Origin: a virus
Lineage: Duplodnaviria > Caudoviricetes
Length of the DNA: 58,269 nt
Reading direction: 5' to 3' (one strand)
Virus record (IMG/VR): IMGVR_UViG_3300017728_000008
Location: 1-58,269 of that record
Below are positions 8,140 through 15,383 of the stretch, in pieces; position 1 is the first letter of the stretch; every line of letters begins with the position of its first letter. The notes under the pieces were generated by a model. That model saw only the letters and a program-made list of their open reading frames with translations. It ran no database searches and was not told the DNA's origin. The translations under genes and the position numbers were made by a program.

Positions 8140-9749
8140 TTGTTAGAGGTTTCATAACTACGTGCCATTGTCACGATAGCATTAGTTGATAGTATCGTTA
8201 CGGCAACTGAAACTGCATTTTGCAGAGCCTGTCTTGTTACTTTAACAGGGTCTATAACTCCAAGAGTCATTAAGTATCCGTATTTTTCTTTCTTAACATC
8301 ATAACCGTAATTGTTTCCTTTAACATCATGGTATATAGATTTAAAATCTAAACCTGCGTTATCTAAGATTTGAATTAACGGAGCTGACAAAGATTCAGCT
8401 AAAATTGCTAAAGCAATTTTTTTTGATAAATTTTCTTCTTTATTATATCTAATAGCACAAGATTTGCTATGATTAAATAGTGTTAATCCACCACCGGGCA
8501 ATATACCTTCTTCAAGAGCGGAGCGAACGGCACACACCGCATCATCCACTCTGTCATATAATTCTTTTTGTTCAAGGTCAGTATTCCCTCCTACATATAC
8601 CACTCCAATACCTCCTGTTAAAGAAGCAATTCTTTTGTTAAGAAATTCTTTATCATCTTTTCTTTTAGCTTCTTCAAGTGCTTCTTGTAGTTGGGTTATT
8701 CTATCAACAACCTCTTGGTTAGATTCCTTGTCGTCTTTAACGATGACAGTTGAGTCACGTCCAACTATCACCTTGGAACAATGACCCAAGTCGTTGAACT
8801 TAATCAAACTCAAATCATCGCCTGTCTTTTCGCTAAAATATGTAGCACCTACACTTATTGCAATATCCTGCATAAGCTCGTGTTGCCTGTATCCAAAATC
8901 CGGAGGAACTATGTTACAAATTTTTAATCCATTCTTTACTACGTTTGCAGCTAAGGTGTTTATTACATTGGTAGAGCACGGAGCAATAATTAAAAGTTTC
9001 TTACCCTCTTGTATGATTGGTTTTAATATATTTTCAATTTGAAGTATGTTATTAATCTCTCCATCACATACCAAAACGTAAGTGTCTTCAAGGACACATT
9101 CATCTCTTTTTTGGTCGTTTATAAACAAGCCTGAAGAATATCCTCTTTTTATTTTAATACCTTTTGTTGTTTCGTAATAGGTAGCGGAGGTTTTACTATT
9201 TTCAACAGTAACTACACCATCCTTGCCTACACTCTCATATACATCTGCAATAATGTCCCCAATAGTTTTATCATTGTTGGCTGAGATGACTGCAACATCA
9301 CGCAATCTTTTAGCGTCTAATTTTTTTCCTTTTACTTTTAAATCTTTTGATATCAATTTCGTTATGTCCACTAAATGCCTGAGCACTTCGGTTCTATTAA
9401 CTTTGTCGGTTATTAATTCGGTACCTGCATTAACTAAAGCCTCAGCAAGTACAATAGCCGTGGTAGTCCCATCTCCTGCTGAAGATGCGGTTCTGTCGGC
9501 TGCCTCTTTCATCATTCTAACCGCAAGGTTTTCTACCGGGTCTAATAATGAAATTGATTTCGCTACAGTCACACCATCCTTAGTTACCGTAATTCCATGT
9601 AAGTGTTCGGGTGATTCTATTAACACAGTATTACCTCGTGGTCCAAGTGTGGACTTTACTGCGTTTGCTATTTGTTTTATTCCTTGAATTAATTTGTTTC
9701 TTCCCTCATCGGAGAAATGAAGTTCTTTTGGATTGAATCCTTGTTGCAT
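8136..9749 (-). CDS. groEL: chaperonin GroEL
   Basis: AVKSTLGPRG, VTKDGVTVAK, AGDGTTTA, RVDDAVCA, EEGILPGGG, GVIDPVKVTR; no C-terminal GGM tail. Confidence 0.97.
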   Translation of the reverse strand: MQQGFNPKELHFSDEGRNKLIQGIKQIANAVKSTLGPRGNTVLIESPEHLHGITVTKDGVTVAKSISLLDPVENLAVRMMKEAADRTASSAGDGTTTAIVLAEALVNAGTELITDKVNRTEVLRHLVDITKLISKDLKVKGKKLDAKRLRDVAVISANNDKTIGDIIADVYESVGKDGVVTVENSKTSATYYETTKGIKIKRGYSSGLFINDQKRDECVLEDTYVLVCDGEINNILQIENILKPIIQEGKKLLIIAPCSTNVINTLAANVVKNGLKICNIVPPDFGYRQHELMQDIAISVGATYFSEKTGDDLSLIKFNDLGHCSKVIVGRDSTVIVKDDKESNQEVVDRITQLQEALEEAKRKDDKEFLNKRIASLTGGIGVVYVGGNTDLEQKELYDRVDDAVCAVRSALEEGILPGGGLTLFNHSKSCAIRYNKEENLSKKIALAILAESLSAPLIQILDNAGLDFKSIYHDVKGNNYGYDVKKEKYGYLMTLGVIDPVKVTRQALQNAVSVAVTILSTNAIVTMARSYETSNK

Positions 9750-9773
9750 TTTGAATTGAATTTAATTGTTATG

Positions 9774-9781
9774 CAAAGGTA
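9774..9781 (-). promoter_or_regulatory. Bacteroidota -7 promoter box (TACCTTTG) for groEL
   Basis: TAnnTTTG about 25 bp upstream of the ATG. Confidence 0.6.
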
Positions 9782-9799
9782 ACAAAATAAATTTAAAAC

Positions 9800-9980
9800 A
9801 AATGCTCTGTTTTTGTGCTCCTATACTACTACTACCTTTTTATGGTGAAATATATTTTTCTTAATACGAGGCTTTAAACTAAGCATTTTAAGCATTTTAT
9901 AATTAGTTAGTTGATAATCAATAAGTTATAAAAAAAAAGTAAGCATAAAGTTAACATTAACTAAGCATTAACTAAACACT
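9800..9980. repeat. AT-rich non-coding module with TAAGCAT/TAACAT repeats and TGATAATCAA (origin-like)
   Basis: Several TAAGCAT copies; AATCAATAAGTTA fits the IHF-type consensus WATCAAnnnnTTR; resembles 19610-19775. Confidence 0.4.
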
Positions 9981-9986
9981 ATCCAT

Positions 9987-10014
9987 AAAAAAAGAGGACT
10001 TATTGTCCCCTTTT
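9987..10014 (-). terminator. intrinsic terminator
   Basis: AAAAGGGGAC-AATAA-GTCCTCTTTTTTT on the - strand, downstream of 10064-10264. Confidence 0.65.
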
Positions 10015-10063
10015 CCCAATCAAACATCAAAATCTATAGCTTACGACACCTATAGTTTTTTAA

Positions 10064-10264
10064 TTATCTTTTAAATAAATCAATATTAGCCTTAGCTAAT
10101 TCATTTCCTTCTGCTATCATTTGTACTTTATCATACCTCTTGATGGCATTCTTCATTTTAATCAGCTTAGTAATTCCCATTTCAGGTGGAGGAGCGTCAT
10201 TGATTAAACGACCGTCCTTTACGTTGTATCCCTGCATAGAGGGTGGTATTTTCATTCCGTGCAT
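10064..10264 (-). CDS. hypothetical protein
   Basis: 66 aa; promoter box at 10280-10287 and terminator downstream. Confidence 0.65.
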   Translation of the reverse strand: MHGMKIPPSMQGYNVKDGRLINDAPPPEMGITKLIKMKNAIKRYDKVQMIAEGNELAKANIDLFKR

Positions 10265-10317
10265 AACTAATTGTTTTTACAAAGATAAGAAATTTTTATT
10301 AGATATCTGTAGTCATC

Positions 10318-10545
10318 GGGTCCCCCCCCGCCCTACGTGCACGACCCCGCTACCGGAACCGATTTTTTTTGTTGACCGGGGGTTGTGTTTTTCCTGCTGA
10401 GGTTCTGATTTTTTTGACTTTTTTTCTGTACCCTGTTACCCTCCTGTACCGCTCCGCATCCGCTCCGCTACCTGTATTCGTTTGACGTTACCGGTACCCC
10501 TGTTGACCCCTGTCCCCCTGTGTACCTTCCCCTGTTCCACAGGTA
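10318..10545. repeat. GC/pyrimidine-rich non-coding tract with about 7 CCTGT repeats (putative genome terminus/packaging region)
   Basis: Poly-C and poly-T runs; CCTGT near 10432, 10443, 10471, 10499, 10509, 10517, 10531; CCGCTCCGC twice; sits at the divergence of the two arms. Confidence 0.5.
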
Positions 10546-10561
10546 AAGACAAAAGAGAGAA

Positions 10562-10577
10562 GTGTCTTCAAAGACAC
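10562..10577. repeat. 16-bp palindrome GTGTCTTCAAAGACAC, copy 1
   Basis: Exact match; intergenic. Confidence 0.95.
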
Positions 10578-10704
10578 CAAGAGAGTTCTCTTAACGTCCG
10601 GTCGATGAAAATTAAAGCATAATAAAACACAGGGAAAACACAAGAGTTAAACCATTGAACAAGAAAGAAAACAAACTAAAACGAAACAAAATGAAAAAAA
10701 ATAG

Positions 10705-10734
10705 TTGAAAATCAAATATGTTTTACTATATTTG
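10705..10734 (+). promoter_or_regulatory. early promoter (TTG ... TATATTTG)
   Basis: Bacteroidota -33/-7 arrangement upstream of the first early gene. Confidence 0.6.
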
Positions 10735-10784
10735 AACCATTGATGGACAAGAGATGTACATCAGTTAACTTAAATTACATAAAA

Positions 10785-11420
10785 ATGAGAAATTTAATGC
10801 AAATCGAGGAAGACTTTTTAGCTTCCTCATCAGTAAGAACCGACATCAATTTTGGTTCAATTTTTAACTTACAATCATCAGTTGAGACTGCTAAGAAGTC
10901 AAAATTTGAGAATAGCTTGAAGTTATCGAAGTTGGTGGTTGCTTCTTGTGAGTGGTTCAAAAAACCGGAAACAAAAACTTTACTTGAAGACGAAGGTATC
11001 GAATGGACGAACCAAGAAGTATTTTTTAACAGGGTATTTGGATGGCAAAAATCATTTGGTCACAAGATGTTGAAAGCCGGAAAACTTGAGCCGTCAATCA
11101 TTACGAAGTTCAAGAGAGAGTGTACGAGAGCAGAGAACAACGGAGAAGATACGAACCGAAGTATCCAACAATTATTGAAATTCGCTAAACAAGAGGAAAG
11201 CGGAAACGAAGAAGCATCAGTTTCAACAGAGAAAACATTTGTTACGTTCTCAGTTGCTAAGGATGGTTTGAATGGGGACACCGGTTTCTCGATGAGATTA
11301 ACCGAGAGCGGTATCAAAATTAGTGGAGAGTTAGAAAGCGAAATCGTCAACAACAAAATACAGAGTTTATTTGCTGAGATGAAAGTAATGATAGAGAGAA
11401 TTAATCAAGAAAACCAATAA
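10785..11420 (+). CDS. first early gene; hypothetical, possible HTH-like DNA-binding segment
   Basis: Start revised to MRNLMQ after an A-rich leader; FFNRVFGWQKSFGHKMLKAG helix pair. Confidence 0.65.
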   Translation: MRNLMQIEEDFLASSSVRTDINFGSIFNLQSSVETAKKSKFENSLKLSKLVVASCEWFKKPETKTLLEDEGIEWTNQEVFFNRVFGWQKSFGHKMLKAGKLEPSIITKFKRECTRAENNGEDTNRSIQQLLKFAKQEESGNEEASVSTEKTFVTFSVAKDGLNGDTGFSMRLTESGIKISGELESEIVNNKIQSLFAEMKVMIERINQENQ

Positions 11421-11424
11421 CAAC

Positions 11425-11440
11425 GTGTCTTCGAAGACAC
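11425..11440. repeat. 16-bp palindrome, copy 2 (perfect, GTGTCTTCGAAGACAC)
   Basis: Between stop 11420 and ATG 11455. Confidence 0.95.
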
Positions 11441-11454
11441 CTAAAACAAAAAAA

Positions 11455-12459
11455 ATGAGAGATTTATCAAACAACGGAGTTCAGTTCACAACCTTAAACG
11501 ACACCACAAGACGTGGTCAAGTGAGCGGTTATCATTCTAAACCGGACCCAATTTTCAGAACCAAAGCAACCGCTCAAGACGTTAGCGGTTTAAAATCAGT
11601 TGACCGCAAGAACATTAGTTTTGATGGCACAGAGTACGAGAGCAATTTCAGAATTGGTTTCGAAGTAGAGAAAGCACGTCTTCACAGAGGAGCAGTTGAG
11701 GAGTATCCATTATTTTGTGGGTTCGAAACAGATTCTTCTTGTGGTTATGAAGCGGTTACTCACGTTTTACCTTTGGTAGCGAAGTCAATGTGGAGAACGA
11801 AAGTTTTCAACATGTTTCACCAAGCTAAGAAGATAATTGATGACGAGTACTCACCATCAGATGCTTCTTGTGGTGGTCATATGACTATCTCTGCTGAGGG
11901 TATGACCGGAGCTGAGTTGATGAGTAGAATTAGAAAATTCACACCAATCATCTTATCTATATTTCGTAAGAGGTTAACCAACAGATATTGCAATGGCAAT
12001 CCGCAGTTGTTACCAATGGGAGAGGGAGTTATGTCTTCCGGTTCATCGAAGTATGTTGTCTGTAAAGATACCGGTTTCGGTGTCGAGTTCAGAATACCAT
12101 CGAGAATTACATCTGTTAAACAGATGATAAGACGTTACGAGTTAATGTACATCTTGATGGACTTTGCAGTAAACCAACCGGATGCAACAACGAGAAAGTT
12201 TTACAATGCAGTTAAACCAATCCTGTTGAGTATGTACGAGAAAGACGAAGTGAAAGTTGAAAAGCTAATCACGTTAGCAAGAGATTTCGAGAAGTTCGTC
12301 AAGACCGGTAAAGTTGACCATACTACTGCCGGATGGCTCGAGGGGTGGTGGTCAAGTAGAAACTACTCTTTAGGTAAGTACAGAAATTACTACAAGAGAA
12401 ATTTCAGACCGGATAGCGATGTTGTGCTACAATGGAGAGGTTCAAATCGAATGTTCTAA
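11455..12459 (+). CDS. putative amidoligase (COOH-NH2 ligase type 2)
   Basis: IGFEVEK, ETDSSCG-YEAVT, SCGGHMTIS, KY, GVEFRIP motifs; start revised to MRDLSN. Confidence 0.75.
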   Translation: MRDLSNNGVQFTTLNDTTRRGQVSGYHSKPDPIFRTKATAQDVSGLKSVDRKNISFDGTEYESNFRIGFEVEKARLHRGAVEEYPLFCGFETDSSCGYEAVTHVLPLVAKSMWRTKVFNMFHQAKKIIDDEYSPSDASCGGHMTISAEGMTGAELMSRIRKFTPIILSIFRKRLTNRYCNGNPQLLPMGEGVMSSGSSKYVVCKDTGFGVEFRIPSRITSVKQMIRRYELMYILMDFAVNQPDATTRKFYNAVKPILLSMYEKDEVKVEKLITLARDFEKFVKTGKVDHTTAGWLEGWWSSRNYSLGKYRNYYKRNFRPDSDVVLQWRGSNRMF

Positions 12460-12466
12460 TCCACAT

Positions 12467-12494
12467 AGGGTGGTGTCTTCAAAGACACCATCCT
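12467..12494 (+). other. conserved hairpin AGGGTGGTGTCTT-CA-AAGACACCATCCT (contains palindrome copy 3, 12473-12488)
   Basis: 13-bp stem with one G-U pair, 7 nt after the amidoligase stop; identical to 14748-14775. Confidence 0.9.
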
Positions 12495-12544
12495 CTGTCG
12501 AGAGATGAGTGTCTCTCCTGATGAGTCCAAAAGGACGAAACAGA
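12494..12544 (+). ncRNA. type III hammerhead ribozyme HH1; cleavage predicted after GUC (C12499)
   Basis: Stem III UCUGU/ACAGA; stem I GAGAGA-UGAGUG-UCUCUC; core CUGAUGA 12518-12524; stem II GUCC-AAAA-GGAC; GAAA 12537-12540. Fully canonical core. Confidence 0.95.
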
Positions 12545-12564
12545 AACCTTTAAATAAAAATAAA

Positions 12565-12873
12565 ATGAGAAATTTAATTTTAAACAACACAGACATCAAA
12601 GAATACTTTGCTAACAATAGCTTTGATGAGATGCTCGTAACAACAGACTTAAAAGCATTTAACAATTTAGAAAACCACGATGACTTAGATTGGGAAGAAG
12701 TAGTTGAGTTTGGTGTGAAGAAAGTTGTAACGACTCCTTTTGCACACGAATATTCAACAATAGACTACGACAAAATTACTGCAGTATGCATTCGTTTCGA
12801 CAATGGTGTACACGATGACACAGAGATAGTAATAAATCACAACACAGAAGTTGGACCATTTAATAAAAACTAA
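12565..12873 (+). CDS. hypothetical early protein (start revised to MRNLIL)
   Basis: A-rich leader before ATG 12565; the ORF-track start 12505 lies inside the ribozyme. Confidence 0.7.
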   Translation: MRNLILNNTDIKEYFANNSFDEMLVTTDLKAFNNLENHDDLDWEEVVEFGVKKVVTTPFAHEYSTIDYDKITAVCIRFDNGVHDDTEIVINHNTEVGPFNKN

Positions 12874-12877
12874 AACT

Positions 12878-13042
12878 ATGAAAACACCAAAACTTACATT
12901 AGAAAACTTAAACAAGTACGAAGTTCGTTCACTTGTTTATGCTCTCACGAAAGTTGCTAAAGAAACGACCGATGAGTTAACGAGAGACAATGCTTTAAAT
13001 TTATTAACCAAAATACAAAACGTAAAAAGATATGAAAACTAA
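12878..13042 (+). CDS. hypothetical early protein (start revised to MKTPKL)
   Basis: ATG 4 nt after the upstream stop. Confidence 0.6.
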   Translation: MKTPKLTLENLNKYEVRSLVYALTKVAKETTDELTRDNALNLLTKIQNVKRYEN

Positions 13043-13229
13043 AGTAGAATATTTTATCAGTATGAAAAGTTGCTACGGCAATTACACAAGATTCAAAAAG
13101 GAGTTCAATGACGAACGTCACTTTGAAAATTGGTACGACTTTATGTCCAACAAGGGACATAAGATAATCGGAGTAGAAAAAATCAAATCAAACTTAGACA
13201 GGGTAAAAGATAAATTTGGTTATGTCTAA
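13032..13229 (+). CDS. hypothetical early protein
   Basis: 65-aa ORF, packed. Confidence 0.65.
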   Translation: MKTKVEYFISMKSCYGNYTRFKKEFNDERHFENWYDFMSNKGHKIIGVEKIKSNLDRVKDKFGYV

Positions 13230-13246
13230 ATTTTGTCTTACCTTTG
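13215..13246 (+). promoter_or_regulatory. early promoter TTTG-N20-TACCTTTG
   Basis: Full Bacteroidota -33/-7 consensus. Confidence 0.7.
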
Positions 13247-13289
13247 TTTAAATCAATTATTATTTTAACTTAATTATAAAACTATTATT

Positions 13290-13505
13290 ATGAAACTTTC
13301 AAACATTATTCAAAACACAATCCTTTCAATCGTAACATTATTTGTAATCGCATCAAGCGTAAGACTGCTAATTCATATCGCAGTAACTGAGCAATTTGGT
13401 TTGCCTCAGTTCCTCGCATTCGGATTAGTATTCGGCTTCATCGGTTTCTTATACTCTCTTATCATTGGAATCGTAGTGAACGAGTGGAAGTCATCAATGG
13501 CTTAG
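13290..13505 (+). CDS. small two-TM membrane protein
   Basis: Two hydrophobic helices in 71 aa. Confidence 0.7.
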   Translation: MKLSNIIQNTILSIVTLFVIASSVRLLIHIAVTEQFGLPQFLAFGLVFGFIGFLYSLIIGIVVNEWKSSMA

Positions 13506-13514
13506 ACTCTACTA

Positions 13515-13539
13515 AGGGTGGTGTATCTCACACCATCCT
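13515..13539 (+). other. hairpin AGGGTGGTGT-ATCTC-ACACCATCCT (variant cassette hairpin without the palindrome tip)
   Basis: Same 10-bp basal stem as the hairpins at 12467 and 14748. Confidence 0.85.
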
Positions 13540-13587
13540 CGTATCGAGATGTGTATCTCGACTGATGATACCAAAAGGTTGAAACGG
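13539..13587 (+). ncRNA. type III hammerhead ribozyme HH2; cleavage predicted after GUA (A13543)
   Basis: Stem III UCGU/ACGG; stem I UCGAGAU-GUGU-AUCUCGA; CUGAUGA 13562-13568; stem II (U)ACC-AAAA-GGU(U); GAAA 13581-13584. Confidence 0.87.
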
Positions 13588-13599
13588 AAACAGAGTTCG

Positions 13600-13615
13600 G
13601 TGTCTTCAAAGACAC
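13600..13615. repeat. 16-bp palindrome, copy 4 (extended CGG...CCG)
   Basis: Between HH2 and ATG 13635. Confidence 0.95.
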
Positions 13616-13634
13616 CGCTCACAATTCAAACATT

Positions 13635-14741
13635 ATGTGTATAATTATTATCAAACAAAAAGGCAAAGATGTGCCAAGAGAAGTTCTCAAAACATCTTCC
13701 AAAATCAATCCTCACGGATTAGGTATTGTATGGCTCGACACGTTCGAGGTTACATATCACAAGTCAAAAGAGTTCGGTGTGTTGGATAACGACAGACCCT
13801 ACATCGCTCACTTTAGGTATGCTACAATAGGTAAAGTTTGCAAGGCAAACACACACCCATTTGTATGTGGCAGAAATACAGACGAGTTACTAATGATGAA
13901 CGGAACGATTAAAGGTTATGGTAGTCCAACAATGACAGACACCGAAGACCTTGCAATCAAGTTGGGTTCAACACCAAGGCATGGTTGGAAACAATCGCTA
14001 TCTAAATTCGATGCAAGGTTTGTTTCAATCAACAAAAGAACACGTTCGTTTCAAATCTACAACAAGAACCTGTTCACTATTCGGGATGGAGTTTGGTACT
14101 CCAAGAACAATGTACTGCAAGACAATCTTATGGCGGTCTATGGTACATTAAGAAAAGGCGGTAGCAATTACTATCGGCATCTAAAAAACGAAAAGCATTT
14201 AGGCACCGGAAAGACCACAGATAAATACCCTATGGTTTCTAATGGTATACCTTACTTGCTTGAGAAAAGAGGCGAAGGAGACAATGTGGTGGTTGATGTT
14301 TTTAAAGTCAGCGATATGGCGATGAATAAAATAGATATTCTTGAGGGACATCCGGAGTGGTACCGCAGAAAGAAAGTTGACATAAGTTTAAAAGGAAAAG
14401 TATACCCCTGTTGGATATACTTTAACGAGGGTGCAGAGACAATGTGGAACAAACAGAACCACATAGCAGACTACCAAGCGATACGAACGATTAGTTCGTT
14501 TGGCATAAAACGAACGTATGATACGTTTGAAGACCTTGAGACCACGTGGATTGATGATGTACCTACGTGTACTCAATTAGAGTTTGCAGACTTAGAGGTA
14601 GAGGAGTTCAATAAAGAGAACGAGTCCCCGGTCTGTATAGATTGTTGTCACGACTTAGAGTACGATGGTTTTTCTCATTACCATTGTAATGGTTGTGATG
14701 GTTGGTTCTCCTATAACGAAGTGATGCACTTTCAAGGATAG
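13635..14741 (+). CDS. class II glutamine amidotransferase fused to a gamma-glutamylcyclotransferase-like domain and a C-terminal Zn ribbon
   Basis: N-terminal Met-Cys, NPHGLG, AHFRYAT, NTHPF, MNG; then AVYGTLRKG...IDILEG...YRR; CIDC...CNGC. Confidence 0.85.
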   Translation: MCIIIIKQKGKDVPREVLKTSSKINPHGLGIVWLDTFEVTYHKSKEFGVLDNDRPYIAHFRYATIGKVCKANTHPFVCGRNTDELLMMNGTIKGYGSPTMTDTEDLAIKLGSTPRHGWKQSLSKFDARFVSINKRTRSFQIYNKNLFTIRDGVWYSKNNVLQDNLMAVYGTLRKGGSNYYRHLKNEKHLGTGKTTDKYPMVSNGIPYLLEKRGEGDNVVVDVFKVSDMAMNKIDILEGHPEWYRRKKVDISLKGKVYPCWIYFNEGAETMWNKQNHIADYQAIRTISSFGIKRTYDTFEDLETTWIDDVPTCTQLEFADLEVEEFNKENESPVCIDCCHDLEYDGFSHYHCNGCDGWFSYNEVMHFQG

Positions 14742-14747
14742 CCACAA

Positions 14748-14775
14748 AGGGTGGTGTCTTCAAAGACACCATCCT
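14748..14775 (+). other. conserved hairpin (contains palindrome copy 5, 14754-14769)
   Basis: Identical to 12467-12494; 6 nt after stop 14741. Confidence 0.9.
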
Positions 14776-14825
14776 CTGTTCACGGATGTGTGTCCGTGCT
14801 GATGAAGTCAAAAGACAGAAACAGG
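14775..14825 (+). ncRNA. type III hammerhead ribozyme HH3; cleavage predicted after GUU (U14780)
   Basis: Stem III UCUGU/ACAGG; stem I CACGGA-UGUGUG-UCCGUG; CUGAUGA 14799-14805; stem II (A)GUC-AAAA-GAC(A); GAAA 14818-14821. Confidence 0.88.
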
Positions 14826-14847
14826 AACTTAAATTAAAATTAAAATT

Positions 14848-15051
14848 ATGAAAGCAAATGAATTATTAAAATTTTTAAAAAGTGTAGAACAACAAGTACA
14901 AGGTTACGGAAAAACCTTAGAAGACGTTGAAGTAAATTTCAGAAGAACAGATGACTCTGACATTGAACCAACCGACTCTGTAGGTGTAGACTTATTTGAT
15001 GCAGAGTCAAATAAAATTGTAGAAAGTATAGTATTAATGGGTAAATATTAA
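14848..15051 (+). CDS. hypothetical early protein
   Basis: 67 aa, A-rich leader. Confidence 0.7.
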   Translation: MKANELLKFLKSVEQQVQGYGKTLEDVEVNFRRTDDSDIEPTDSVGVDLFDAESNKIVESIVLMGKY

Positions 15052-15070
15052 ATCAATAAAAATTAAAATT

Positions 15071-15382
15071 ATGAAAATAAAAATTCAACAAAGAAGTATC
15101 TACCACAAATTTGCTGAGGTAGAAATATATGTAGACCCTGTCGCATATGAACATTGGAAACTTGACAATGGTAAGTACGCAAGTCTTCAAGAATTTCTCA
15201 ATGAGAACGAAGACTTATATGTAGATAAGATAGACGAGGCAATGGACAAAACAACATACGAGTTTGGCTTTGGTACAGACTCAGATGCTAATTCACATTA
15301 CAATTCTTCTATGAACGAACCTGAATCAGAATCTGAATGGAGATACGAATGTGACGAATTAAAAACCGGAGGGCATTTATAA
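15071..15382 (+). CDS. hypothetical acidic early protein
   Basis: 103 aa, A-rich leader. Confidence 0.7.
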   Translation: MKIKIQQRSIYHKFAEVEIYVDPVAYEHWKLDNGKYASLQEFLNENEDLYVDKIDEAMDKTTYEFGFGTDSDANSHYNSSMNEPESESEWRYECDELKTGGHL

Positions 15383-15383
15383 T

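Noticed and set aside
10318-10400. GC-rich block as a tRNA or the 86-aa ORF 10140-10400
   Set aside because: No cloverleaf or T-loop motif; the ORF is antisense to 10064-10264 and low complexity
12467-12494. Cassette hairpins as intrinsic terminators
   Set aside because: No U-tract follows; each hairpin runs directly into hammerhead stem III
11425-12564. ORF-track starts at 11425 and 12505
   Set aside because: They lie in the palindrome and the ribozyme; ATGs at 11455 and 12565 have the typical A-rich leaders
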